Notes under the pieces: generated by a model | Databases searched by the model: none | Told to the model about the DNA's origin: nothing | Seen by the model: the letters and a program-made list of their open reading frames with translations, nothing else | NCBI GenBank assembly: GCA_965218585.1 | Contig: CBDCLE010000011.1 | Location: 77,620 to 141,619 of the forward strand | Origin: Terriglobia bacterium | Lineage (GTDB): Bacteria; Acidobacteriota; Terriglobia; 20CM-2-55-15 | Direction of reading: 5' to 3' | Length of the DNA stretch: 64,000 nucleotides | In this document: positions 41,950 to 52,365 of the stretch, piece after piece | How the letters are laid out: every line of letters begins with the position of its first letter | How positions within the stretch are numbered: the first letter of the stretch is position 1 | Position numbers and translations under genes: made by a program

Positions 41950-42945
41950 CTCTAGAAAATTCCGTTGAGCGGCGGCTTTTGATCCGGACTTCGACGGGCC
42001 GTGGGAATCCGAACCGTTACCGGTCCCACTCCGGTCTGCAATTCCCGTTCGAGAAGAAAACCGTTGCGCACGCCCCCGGCGGTACCTGCCTCGGTTCGAC
42101 GACCGCCATCGCTCAAAGTTGCAACACAACCGTTCGGTCCTGGTGCATACAGGCAAGGGAATTGGCGATAATGGGATATGGCGCATCGCAAAACTGAACA
42201 GCATCCCCTTTTTCCCGGACGTTGGTTCGAAGATGACATCATTCTCCTCTGCCTGCGCTGGTATTTTCGCTTCAAACTGGTGCCGTCGGGCTACATTGAA
42301 CTTATGTGGCATTTAGACTATCCCCAGAAGGGGGTATTCCCTTGACTCCAGTAGCCCCCACAGGTAGTAGTCCGGGGTATGGAGGACTATCCTCGGACGC
42401 TTCAGGTCGGTGTCGATGAGGACGGTGTGATTGTGGCCCAGAAACTGACCGACAGCACGACCGATGATGCAGGCGTCGCCCCGGACCTTCTCGATCAGAT
42501 CCCAGAGGACAAGAAAATCGTACGCTTCACCGGCGACGGAGCGTACGATCGGAATTCCATCTACGAAACATTTGCGGAACGCGCCGCAAGGGTCGTCGTC
42601 CCTCCACTCAAGAACGCCGTTCCGTCGCGATCCAGAACACGAGCGGCAAATGCCCGGAACAGAACGGTGAATCGCATCAAGAAGGTCGGTCGCAGGCAGT
42701 GGAAGAAGGATGCACGGTATCACGGCCAGGCGCGGGCCGAAAACACGTTCTTCCGATACAAGCAAATCCTCGGAAGCCGACTACGCTCACGCGACGCTGG
42801 CAATCAACGAATCGAGGCCCGACTCGCCTGCACAATCCTCAATCGGATGATCGAGCTCGGAGCACCGAAATCGGAGGCGATCCGAAACTGAGGGAGAGCG
42901 CGGTGAGGGCATATGGGGCCGATGTCGATCCATGCAACAACGCCA
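41950..42945. mobile_element. Mosaic of IS fragments (IS256 piece, IS6 N-terminus 42178-42279, IS5/IS903 pieces, IS1595 left end)
   Basis: GVRNGFLLERELQTGVGPV; LFPGRWFEDDIILLCLRWYFRFKL; MPHKFNVARRH; MEDYPRTL; GDGAYD...ENTFFRYKQILG with end ATGCAACAACGCC. Confidence 0.7.
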
Positions 42946-43059
42946 TTCTTCGTTGTGGATTGGAGGCAGACATGAGGAACTTGATGTCCACAACTGATAT
43001 AGACTCTGGAAGCAGCGATCTCCGGTTGGAAGCCGGGCGCCCTGATTGGATTTCTGACA

Positions 43060-43566
43060 ATGGGACATATAAAACGCTTGTTTGGAATCGGTGCCGTCGT
43101 TGTGGCCCTTCTGGTCACGTTCGTGATCGGCTGGCTGGTGGCGAGCCTGGGCATCGGATCGACAATGGACTTGGAGTCACTGCCCGAACTGGAGCGCCAG
43201 TTCGCCGAGCGAATGCGCGATGTCTCCCTGGTCGGCCGCTTTACCATTGCAGGCCGGGAAGACGAGTCGGCCCGTCCGGACCGGTACGATATCGCCAGTG
43301 TTGAGAAGGTCGGCGGTGACCGCTGGCGGTTCAACACTCGTCTTCGCTACGGGGAGAGAGACGTGACGCTGCCGGTCGCAGTAACCATGCTGTGGACAGA
43401 CGACACCCCCATGGTAATGCTCACGGATACGACAATCCCGACGCTCGGCACGTTCAGTGCCCGGGTGTTCTTCTACGAAGACCGCTACGCTGGCACCTGG
43501 CAGCATGGTGAAATCGGCGGCCATATGTTCGGCAACATCGAACCCACCGCTGACGCCGGACCCTGA
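43060..43566 (+). CDS. Conserved-looking hypothetical membrane-anchored beta protein
   Basis: N-terminal TM; YAGTWQHGEIGGHMFG C-terminus. Confidence 0.65.
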   Translation: MGHIKRLFGIGAVVVALLVTFVIGWLVASLGIGSTMDLESLPELERQFAERMRDVSLVGRFTIAGREDESARPDRYDIASVEKVGGDRWRFNTRLRYGERDVTLPVAVTMLWTDDTPMVMLTDTTIPTLGTFSARVFFYEDRYAGTWQHGEIGGHMFGNIEPTADAGP

Positions 43567-43690
43567 CGACCGCCCCGCACTCAGAACGGCCTCAGCGTGG
43601 TCGTGCGCTGCACATTCATCCCACGCCTTGCACCATCTGATCTGGCCTCCTCTCTCTGATATGCAGGACCTGGTCGGACAATCAGTGCTC

Positions 43691-44090
43691 CTATTGTAAA
43701 CGTTCCCGGAGAGCTTCATAAGGGGTTTGGCCGTCGAAGGCGGCATGGGGTCGAGTGAGATTGTAGAAGCGTTCCCATTGCGTCAGTTTCTTGTTCAGGT
43801 CGACATCATCGACATAGTCGAGCAGTTGATAGAACTCCTCCTGATCGGTTCGATGGGAGCGTTCCACCTTGCCGTTGAGCTGTGGAGAGCGTGGCTTGAT
43901 GTAGACGTGACGAATGCCCTTGTCTTTGACGTGCCAGTGAAACTTGGCTTGGAACTCGTGCCCGCGGTCGGTCCGGATGCTCTGCACAGGAAATGGGAAC
44001 GTTTCCAATACATGATCGACAAAGGCGATCACGTTGGCCTGGTTGTGGCGCGGATATATCTTTAGAGCACGAATCCGCGTTGCATCAGAG
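43691..44090 (-). pseudogene. IS481-family transposase C-terminal fragment
   Basis: IRTDRGHEF, PQLNGKVERSHRTDQEEF, YNLTRPH. Confidence 0.8.
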
Positions 44091-44195
44091 GTTGTTCCAG
44101 TTGGTGTGTAAAAAGAAAGAGGCGGTGTACGCTTTCGGTGAAATCTAAACTGAGCGCACAATCCCGGGTGCAACCGGGAGAAAGGTACACCACCC

Positions 44196-44544
44196 ATGGA
44201 GAAGAGGAACATACCGGCAGCAGTGGCGTCAACGAATGCGTATGAGGCTCTCGAGGACTGGGCGCGATCCCGGGTCCAAGTCTGGCTTCAGGAGTTGCTT
44301 GAGGACGAAGTCACGCAGTTTCTGGGCCGGGAAAAGTCGGAGCGGAGTCCGGATCGGCGAGGGTACCGGAACGGTCACGGGAAACCGCGCGACGTGCCCT
44401 TCCGGCACAAGATCCATCACGTTTGGCGGAAACAGCACGCTTTGATTCACGTTCCATTCTCGAAAGGTTTTGGTCATGCCCAAACCTTCCCTCATTTCAC
44501 CGTCGGTTTCGGTCCGGTCTGATAGGGATTACGGGGACAGGCTC
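44196..44544. pseudogene. IS256 N-terminal fragment (+) fused to an IS1182-type left-end fragment (-)
   Basis: LLEDEVTQFLGR...GYRNGH; MTKTFREWNVNQSVLFPP; end GAGCCTGTCCCCGTAATCC. Confidence 0.7.
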
Positions 44545-44548
44545 CTAG

Positions 44549-45945
44549 CAGCCTGCGCCGTAGGAAGTGAATGAGATAATTCTGTCGCAGTTAGGAGGAG
44601 AATGCGATGCCGACGACGTTTCGCCCGTACCAACCGGATCAAGGGTTGCTGCTGCCGCCGGATTTACGGGATTGGTTGCCGGAGGGGCACTTGGCGCACC
44701 ATGTGAGCGATCTGGTGGACGGAATGGACTTGACGGTGTTTTACGCGCCGTACGAAGGGGACGGTCGTCGCAAGTCGCCGTATGAGCCGCGGATGATGGC
44801 GAAGGTGCTGATCTACGGGTACGCGACGGGGGTGTTTTCCTCCCGAGGGCTGGCGCGGAAGCTGGAGGAGGACGTGGCGTTTCGGGTGTTGGCGGCGGGG
44901 AATTTTCCGAGCCATCGGACGATTTGCGAGTTTCGCCGCCGTCATTTGTCGGATTTCAAGGCGCTGTTTGTGGAGGTGGTCGGTCTGGCGCGCGAGACCG
45001 ACGCGGCGGAGGATGCGCGCTTTGGGGCGGCGTTTCGGGGCGACGAGTTGCCCGAGGAGTTGCGCCGGCGGGAGGACCGACTGGCGGCGATCCGGGCGGC
45101 GAAGGCGCGCCTTAAGGCGCGGCAGCGGGAGGCCGACCAGGCGCGGGGACGCGAGCCCGGTTCGAAGCGCAACCGGAAGGGCGGGCGGCCCTACAAGCGG
45201 GAGTACGGCGAGCCGGACGAGAAGGCGCAGGATAACTTCACGGATCCGGAAAGCCGGATCATGAAGACCTCGTCGGAGGGATTTCAGCAGTGCTACAACG
45301 CGCAGGTGGCGGTGGAGGGAGAGAACCAGTTGATCGTCGCCACCGAGGTGTCGTCGAACGCCAGCGACCAGGGTCGGCTGGTCCCGTTGGTGGACGAGGT
45401 GGAGGCCACCCATGGGGAACGGCCGGAGACGGTGCTGGCGGATGCGGGCTACTGCAACGAGGACGACCTGGAGGCGCTGGAGGCGCGCGGCGTGGACGCC
45501 TACGTGGCCTTGGGCCGGGAGGGCCGGCGCGCGGTCGCGGTGGACGCGGCCAGGCATCCGGCGAAGGCCCGCATGGCCGGGAAGCTGGCGACCTCGCCGG
45601 GACGGGCGCAGTACGCCCGACGCAAATGGCTGTCGGAGGCGCCCAACGGGTGGATCAAGGAAGTGCTCGGCTTCCGCCGATTCAGCCTGCGCGGCCTGCA
45701 CAAGGTCCAGGGCGAGTGGAACTTGGTGTGTCTGGCATTGAACGTCAAGCAGTTGCAGAGGCTTCAGGCAGCCTGATGACAGGCATACCGCCCGCAAATC
45801 AGGCCGAACGAGGGCCGATTCAAGCACCTGTGGCGCACCCAGCGGCGCGTCGTCGTCCAAAACGCCCATTCCCCGGTCACGGATGCCGATTGATCGCCAT
45901 CTCGCGTAATTCGCCGAGTCGAAAATCCTCCTACGGCGCAGGCTC
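44549..45945 (+). mobile_element. IS1182-family element copy 1, internally deleted; ORF 44607-45776
   Basis: TIR AGCCTGCGCCGTAGG, CTAG flanks; 51 aa shorter than copy 2 and lacks IDGTKVRANAS. Confidence 0.9.
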
Positions 45946-45973
45946 CTAGCCCCGATTACCCTCCTGCTGAGAC

Positions 45974-46945
45974 TCAGGTTTCATCGTTATCCATCATCCG
46001 CAGGCACCAGTTGAGGGGTTCAACGACTAGAAGGCCGCGCCCTTTCGTGGCGAACGGGTCTCGCAGGAGTGCCATGCGGGCCTTGTTGCTGCAGGCCCTT
46101 ACCACGAGCGCGAGCACGTAACGGGAGCCCATCTTTTCAGCGGCACTCCACTCGTTGTTCGTCATCTCCAAAGAAGGGAACCGGGAGAGCATTGTACCTT
46201 TGACCTCGACCGCCACGAGTTGGCCATCGTTGTCTTCGTAGCCGATATCCCAACCGGGAGTCTCGCCTTCCTGTGCCACCCAGCGGAGCGAGTCCCTACC
46301 ACGACCGGATAACGTTTGCCGAAGGTGATTCAAGACGCGTTCTTCCGCCCAATCGCCAACTTCCCGAGAGCGGTCAGACCTGCGAGTGCCGCCGCTGGTA
46401 GCGCCAAGGGCGGAACGTGGCCTTCGCAGAAAGAGACGAGTTGCGTCATCTTCGAAGGTAAGCGGTGCGCTCAAGGGATCGCGTGGCAGAGTCGGAGGGG
46501 CGGGAGATCTGCTGTGAGCTGCACTGAGGATACGGTCGAAGACATCTCGTGAAATCTCGCGTACGCCGGTACGCCATCCCAAAGCGTGGCCGATACGTTC
46601 GTAGGCCACACCGTTGTTTTTCGCTGGCACTGGTACGTCGAAAGGTTGGTAATCCTCAATCGCACAAAACCATCGCCGCTGTCGGGCGGGTGTATTCGTG
46701 CCCTGGTCGGGATCCTGCCAGACGTCACCGATGATGCCTGTTCCGAAATACTCAGCTTTTCCTCGCCTTCCGCCGGCCCGCCGAACACCCCGGTAGTAGA
46801 CGAAAAGCCGGCCCGAAGCCACTCGGTTCCGGTACGCGTTTGGAAACTGGTACTGAACGCCCGTATCATCGGCCCAGAAGTCGTACTCTCCTCCCATTGT
46901 CACTTCATTTTCGACGAGCACGAGAGTGTAGGGGGGTGATGACAT
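45974..46945 (-). CDS. DUF3883 (PD-(D/E)XK) nuclease with N-terminal EVE/PUA-like domain; candidate type IV restriction enzyme
   Basis: C-terminal GDWAEERV...PGWDI...VEVKGT...MTNNEW; N-terminal DDTGVQYQFP...FVYYRG...YFGTG. Confidence 0.7.
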   Translation of the reverse strand: MSSPPYTLVLVENEVTMGGEYDFWADDTGVQYQFPNAYRNRVASGRLFVYYRGVRRAGGRRGKAEYFGTGIIGDVWQDPDQGTNTPARQRRWFCAIEDYQPFDVPVPAKNNGVAYERIGHALGWRTGVREISRDVFDRILSAAHSRSPAPPTLPRDPLSAPLTFEDDATRLFLRRPRSALGATSGGTRRSDRSREVGDWAEERVLNHLRQTLSGRGRDSLRWVAQEGETPGWDIGYEDNDGQLVAVEVKGTMLSRFPSLEMTNNEWSAAEKMGSRYVLALVVRACSNKARMALLRDPFATKGRGLLVVEPLNWCLRMMDNDET

Positions 46946-46987
46946 TCTTCCTTCTCCTCATTTCAGGCAGCCGCTTTAATTCTAGCC

Positions 46988-47430
46988 TGAACCGCCCCGG
47001 TCCTTTGGAAAGTTCCATTTTCTTGAAAGGACGGAATCGATGGGAAGCAGATAAAACCGCCAGAGGTCCGTAAATGCGCCACACGTATGGTGTGGAAGCA
47101 ACCAGAATCGATCGGAGCGAAACGAGAAAGCCAGCGATGATTATTCAGGTCTGCGGGCTCGCCCGACGGCCTCCCCGTAGTCCATGAGCCGCCGTAGCGG
47201 AGGCGGGCGACGGCGCCGACCTGGCCTGCGACGGACGGAGAAGCCCCGGCGTCGAACAGGCGACCGAAGTATTTAGCCAGATGCGGATCAGTGAGCGGCC
47301 GGCCTCCCAGCCACTCATCGACGCGCCGGAGCGCTCCGGAATAGGCCCGCCGGGTGTTCCCTGAAATCGAGGCGGCGGCCAGATGGTGGGCGCTTATGGC
47401 TTGTCTGCCCTGAACGTGTCTACGCCACAA
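46988..47430. pseudogene. IS3 left-end remnant (+) plus integrase N-terminal (SAM-like) fragment (-)
   Basis: TGAACCGCCCCGG at 46988; SISGNTRRAYSGALRR...LAKYFGRLFDAG. Confidence 0.55.
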
Positions 47431-47439
47431 ACTGAATCC

Positions 47440-49410
47440 TCACCCCGCAGGCTGAGGCGATCTTGGTAACCGTACCGAGCCGAGGATCTCTGTTCCCCCG
47501 ACAAGCTGCGGGAAAGGCCCACACGGTCCACGTCGGCTCGACGTGCGATTTTCAGATACGCCGCCCTGTAGCGCTGCCACGTTCCGAAAGGCTTTCATCA
47601 ACAATCGAGGGTCACCGTCGAACTCCTCGATCGCGGCGTTCAGGTACGCAGCGATGTCTTGACGTGTTTTGAGGTAGTCGCTAGCGCGGTGTTGTTTCAC
47701 GGGCACTTTTGCTTCTCTTGTTGATAAGCCTTCCAACAGGCCTGGATCATTTTGATGTCGCGGGCCTACCGTTTCTTCGTTCCGCCGACCAGGAGGATCA
47801 CGAGTCTTTCATTATCGAGGGAGTTATTGTCAAAAGTGGTGTTTTGCCGATTGACTCAAGCGGCGGCCTGATCGACGTGGGTCACTTCGATTCCATCGTT
47901 GAATTTCACTCCAGTAATCACCTTGGGCAGATCATCGAATCCTCGTAATCGTCGCCAATTCTTCTGAGCGCACTGTCCCAGTTTGAACATCATGTGCAGC
48001 ATGCCAACCCGCGTCAGGCAACCCCTGGATCGCTTGGTTCGGTGGCGAATGGTAGCAAAAGTCGACTCAATGGGATTGGTCGTTCGGATGCTCTGCCAGT
48101 GCTTGGCCGGGAAGTTGAAGAAGGCCAGCAGTTCTTCTTTGTCTTTCTGGAGGCAGCGAGTGGCTTTCGGATACTTCGGCTCATAGGTTTCAATGAACAG
48201 ATCGAATGCCTTCTCGGCGTCTGTCTGTGTCTGAGCCCGCCAGATCGCGTGCAAAGCCTGTTTCGCCTTCGCCTGGGCCGACTTCGGGAGCCCGTTCAGT
48301 ACGTTCATGGTCTTGTGCATCCAGCAACGTTGGTGACGTGTCTCGGGATAGATTTCCTCCAGTGCGGCCCAGAATCCCATCGCACCGTCTCCGATGGCCA
48401 ACTTCGGGATATTCATCCCACGCGACTTCAGCTTTAACAAGACCTCGCGCCAACTCTGTGTCGATTCCCGGACACCGTCTTCGATTGCCAGAAAACGTTT
48501 CTCTCCGCGTTGATTCGCGCCGATCACCACCAGTGCGCACAACTTGGTTTCTTCGGCCCGCAGTCCGCTGTAGATACCGTCGGCCCAGACATAGACCCAG
48601 CGATCGGCATCCAATCGCTCCTCGCATCCCCGGCGGTACTGCTCGGCCCAGACCTGTTTCAACCGCGATACCGTGCTCGCCGACAGGCCCTGCGCCTGGG
48701 GTCCGACAAGAACTTTTAGAGCGTCACCCATCTCGCCGCTGGAGACGCCTTTCAAATACAACCACGGCACCGCTGCTTCCAGCGATTTCGTTTTCCGAAT
48801 GTAGGGAGGTACCAGGGCCGACCGGAACGTTACCGGGTCGCCAGTCTTCGCTCGGACTTTCGGGATCTGGACCGTTACCGGCCCCAAACCGGTCTGCAGT
48901 TCACGTTCAGGCAGATAACCGTTGCGCACCACCCCGGCGTTGCCCGTCTCGGTTCTCCGATCGCCGTGGTGGGATAGCAGTTCCGCCAATTCGGTTTCCA
49001 CCGCGCGTTGGATCAGTTGCTGAGCTCCAACTCGTAGTAGCTCTGTTATCGGATCCTCAATCGTCTCTCGACCCTCCGGTCCAGTCACGTTACTCTTGCT
49101 CATAGTGGCGTATCTCCCTTGGTTGCTTTGAAGTCTGGTAAACAACAAATCAACCAGATACGCCGCTCTTCCTCAATCCCTTAAACACCAGATTCGGTTA
49201 TAACTCTTATCGAAGCTATAGTACACGCGGTATCCGGGGCCGAAGTCGATTCTAAGTTCGGAAAAGCCCTTCCCTACCCCCTTTGCGATCGCCGAAGTTT
49301 CCCAGCTCGATCCGGTCGATTCACGTCTGAACGCGAGCTCGAATCTCAGTGTCCTGGTTCTGAAGCCACTCGTCAAAGTAGTCCGTACCGACTTCTGCTA
49401 CGTAGTGAAC
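47440..49410 (-). pseudogene. RelE/HigB (HI1419-like) toxin and HI1420-like antitoxin, decayed; toxin split by IS256
   Basis: FDEWL...ELRIDFGPGYRVYY | LVILLVGGTKK with stops; DYLKTRQDIAAYLNAAIEE with frameshift. Confidence 0.75.
47820..49206 (-). mobile_element. IS256-family element; transposase 47856-49103
   Basis: VRNGYLPER, WADGIY, IGDGAMGFW, QRCWMHK, RTTNPIES; IR GAGTTAT..GGTGT; TTATCGA on both flanks. Confidence 0.93.
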
Positions 49411-49758
49411 GAGGCTGCCACAGAAATAGTTGAAGGTTGGAAAGATGGCGGTTGATCCGCCCGACTCCGTAGAATCGGGTTGAGAAATATTGTTGTGAGG
49501 AACCGCCAATGGAAGCATATCGAATTGTGAATCGCGGGGACAGCCGCTCCCTCGCAGAATATCTGACAGAGGACGAGCAGATTCTGTTGCCAATGGTCGA
49601 GTTGATCGAAGGATCACGGATGGCGATCGATGAGCTGACAGCTCAGGGGAAAGAACTTGGGGGGTCAGATTGAAACCATCTCTGTGAATCGCACAAATAA
49701 ACGGCGAAGAAGTTCTCGCGCTCGACAGACGCGCGTTACGATGAAGCCCTCACCCTTT

Positions 49759-50451
49759 TCATTCCTGCGGGTCATCAGTAATACTCCCTGAGAACGGTTC
49801 AGAACCATAACGGCAATCAAGCAGATTTGGACAATGACCGCAATCGGGGCTGCGTGGGGTACAAATCTTCATTGTGAAATCCAGGACCGCATAGTTATAT
49901 TCCTGAAATGCTCGCGGTGGCGTCAGCCTTTCGGCCAGATCCCTCACCCAGGAAACACCACGTGGGTCGCGGTTGTAAGGATTGCCAGTCATACGGCTAA
50001 GCCAGCGGACCACATTACTGTCAATTAGAACAGCCCGCTTACCCCGGTGCAACGAGAGCCATGCCGCTGCCGTATACGTTCCAACGCCCTTGAGTTTCGT
50101 AAGCTCATCCATGTCTTCCGGCAGGGCGCCGCTGTGTTCAACCGCAACGGCTGCAATGTCACGAAGCAAACCAAGCCGAAAACCTAGCCCCAATTTTCGG
50201 ACTATAAGAGAGACCTCATTTAGATCGGCACCCAATAGGGCTAACGGTGTAGGGTAACGCTTCTTGAACTCCTCATAAACGCCCTTAACCTGGCTAGCTT
50301 GTGTACGTTGTAAAAACAACTCGGCAACAAATGTAAGCCAGGCGCCCGTGTCTATCCGCCATGGATATTCCTGATAATTCTTCCGCCCCCAATAGAGCAG
50401 ACGACGGCGTATGTTCCGAACTTGATGTCCTGTGAGCTCTTGCGTTGTCAC
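49759..50451 (-). CDS. HhH-GPD DNA glycosylase, Mig (T:G mismatch)/MutY-like
   Basis: YPWR, ELFLQRT, LKGVGTYTA (HhH), DSNV, C-x6-C-x2-C-x5-C FeS motif; no MutY C-terminal domain. Confidence 0.85.
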   Translation of the reverse strand: MTTQELTGHQVRNIRRRLLYWGRKNYQEYPWRIDTGAWLTFVAELFLQRTQASQVKGVYEEFKKRYPTPLALLGADLNEVSLIVRKLGLGFRLGLLRDIAAVAVEHSGALPEDMDELTKLKGVGTYTAAAWLSLHRGKRAVLIDSNVVRWLSRMTGNPYNRDPRGVSWVRDLAERLTPPRAFQEYNYAVLDFTMKICTPRSPDCGHCPNLLDCRYGSEPFSGSITDDPQE

Positions 50452-50468
50452 TATCCGCTTCTCTTCAA

Positions 50469-51835
50469 TGGGGTTGACCCGGTTTAGTGGACACCTGATC
50501 CTCTTGCGAGGAGGAGGTATCCACGATGCCGAGAACGAGGGCACCGTATGCGGCGGTATTCCGGGAGCAGATGGTCGAGCTGGTTCGGTCCGGACGCACA
50601 CCGGAGGAGTTGGCCCGGGAGTTTGAACCGTCGGCCCAAGCGATTCGGAACTGGGTGGCACAGGCGGGCCGTGATGCTGGCCAGCGGACCGACGGCCTAC
50701 GTAGTGAAGAACGCGAGGAACTGAGGGGGCTACACCGGGAGAACCGGCGCCTGCGCGACGAGCGTGAAATCCTGGAAAAAGCAACGGCATGGTTCGCAGG
50801 GGAGACCGGATCCAGGAGGTCTACCGGTTCATGAGTGCGAATCAGGGGCGTTTTCCTATCGCCACGATGGCCCGGGTGCTTGGCGTCTCCCCGAGCGGGA
50901 ACTACGCGTGGCGTGGGCGTCCACGGTCGGGTCGCTGGCAGGCCGATGCGGAGCTGACGGTGCGAGTCCAGGCGATCCATGCCCGCGGCTGCGGGAGCTA
51001 AGGCGCGCCACGAATTCACGCCGAACTGGCCGCACGTGGCGTTGCGGTCAGCCGCAAGAGGGTGGCGCGGGTGATGCGCGCCGCGGGCGTGACCGGTGTG
51101 AGCCGTCGCCGTGCGCCGCGCACGACGCGTCGGGACTCGCAGGCTCCGCCGGTACCGGATCGGGTCGAGCGGCACTTCCAGGCCGACGCGCCGAATCGCC
51201 TGTGGATCGCCGATATCACCCACGTGCCGCCGCTCGTCGGCTTCCTGTACCTGGCCATCATTCTCGACGTGTTCAGCCGGCGGATTGTGGGCTGGGCGAT
51301 GGCGAACCACCTGCGCACCGAGTTGGTCGTTGAGGCGCTGGAGATGGCCGTGGCACAACGCCGGCCGGCCGGGGTCATTCATCATTCGGACCGAGGCTGC
51401 CCAATACACGTCGCTGGCCTTCGGCGCCCGCTACCGCGACTGGGGCGTGGCGCAGTCGCTGGCCTCGACAGGCGATTGTTTTGATAACTCGATGGCCGAG
51501 AGTTTCTTTGCGACGCTGGAATGCGAACTGCTCGACCGCATGACCTTGTCCACGCATGCCGCGGCGCGGAAGGCAGTGTTCGATTTCATCGAAGGTTGGT
51601 ATAACACCCATCGACGCCATTCGGCTCTGGGCTATCGGTCGCCGTTGGAATTCGAACGACTCCATGCCGGCCCTGTGGACGGTGCCCGGCCTGTGGACGC
51701 CCTTCGGCGACCACAGGTCCGTTGGACCCCACGCTGCGCGCGGGCCCCACACCGCCCACAGGCAACGACGACGATGTCAATCTCATGACGTGAACCCGAA
51801 AGCGTTAACCTGTCCACGAAATCGGGGCAAGCTCA
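50469..51835 (+). mobile_element. IS3-family element, degenerate (orfA 50526-50834; orfB with stop at 50999 and frameshift near 51400)
   Basis: TG...CA ends with TGGACA/TGTCCA IR core; WIADIT, HHSDRG, DNSMAESFFATLECE. Confidence 0.88.
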
Positions 51836-51837
51836 AC

Positions 51838-52365
51838 CTAATCAAGCCAAATGATTTTTGCGATGCCGAGTTTCGTGGCCGCATCCTCAACCAGTACCCG
51901 CGCGTGCATTTCATGAAACCTCCCTAGAGAATAGAAGAAAACGGCGGCATGAGGGCCGCTGTTAGATTTGCCAAATGTCCGTTCATGCAATGCCATCAAT
52001 ATCGTTTTCCAGTCGTCGGCGCGACCCCAACAAATCACTCGCCCATCCTCAAGCCGCCGGCCATGTGGTTTGGTATACCTGTCGATGACATACGCGGCTT
52101 CCGGAATGCCAAGAACTCGAAATGGCTGTTCATGGTCTGCCAGACGAGACCTGGTGTAATCCTTTAGTAGTGTGTCCTTTATGTAGACGCGAATCTGTCC
52201 CTGCCCCATATACCTGCCAAGACGGCCACCAATTTCGGGGTCCTTGGTCCATGCCTCATAGTGGTGAGACTTATCCGTCGGACTAAGGGTAGCCCACCCC
52301 AGATCATCGGCTTGCTGCCATAGCTTCTCTCTTAGAGCGGTTCTTGTGGTGTCTGGAACACTCAT
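51838..52365 (-). CDS. Hypothetical 175-aa protein coupled to the helicase gene
   Basis: ATGA overlap with helicase stop; no motif recognised. Confidence 0.75.
   Translation of the reverse strand: MSVPDTTRTALREKLWQQADDLGWATLSPTDKSHHYEAWTKDPEIGGRLGRYMGQGQIRVYIKDTLLKDYTRSRLADHEQPFRVLGIPEAAYVIDRYTKPHGRRLEDGRVICWGRADDWKTILMALHERTFGKSNSGPHAAVFFYSLGRFHEMHARVLVEDAATKLGIAKIIWLD

Noticed and set aside
49759-50790. 343-aa glycosylase with a long N-terminal extension
   Set aside because: The extension is antisense IS3 sequence; the plausible start is GTG at 50451.
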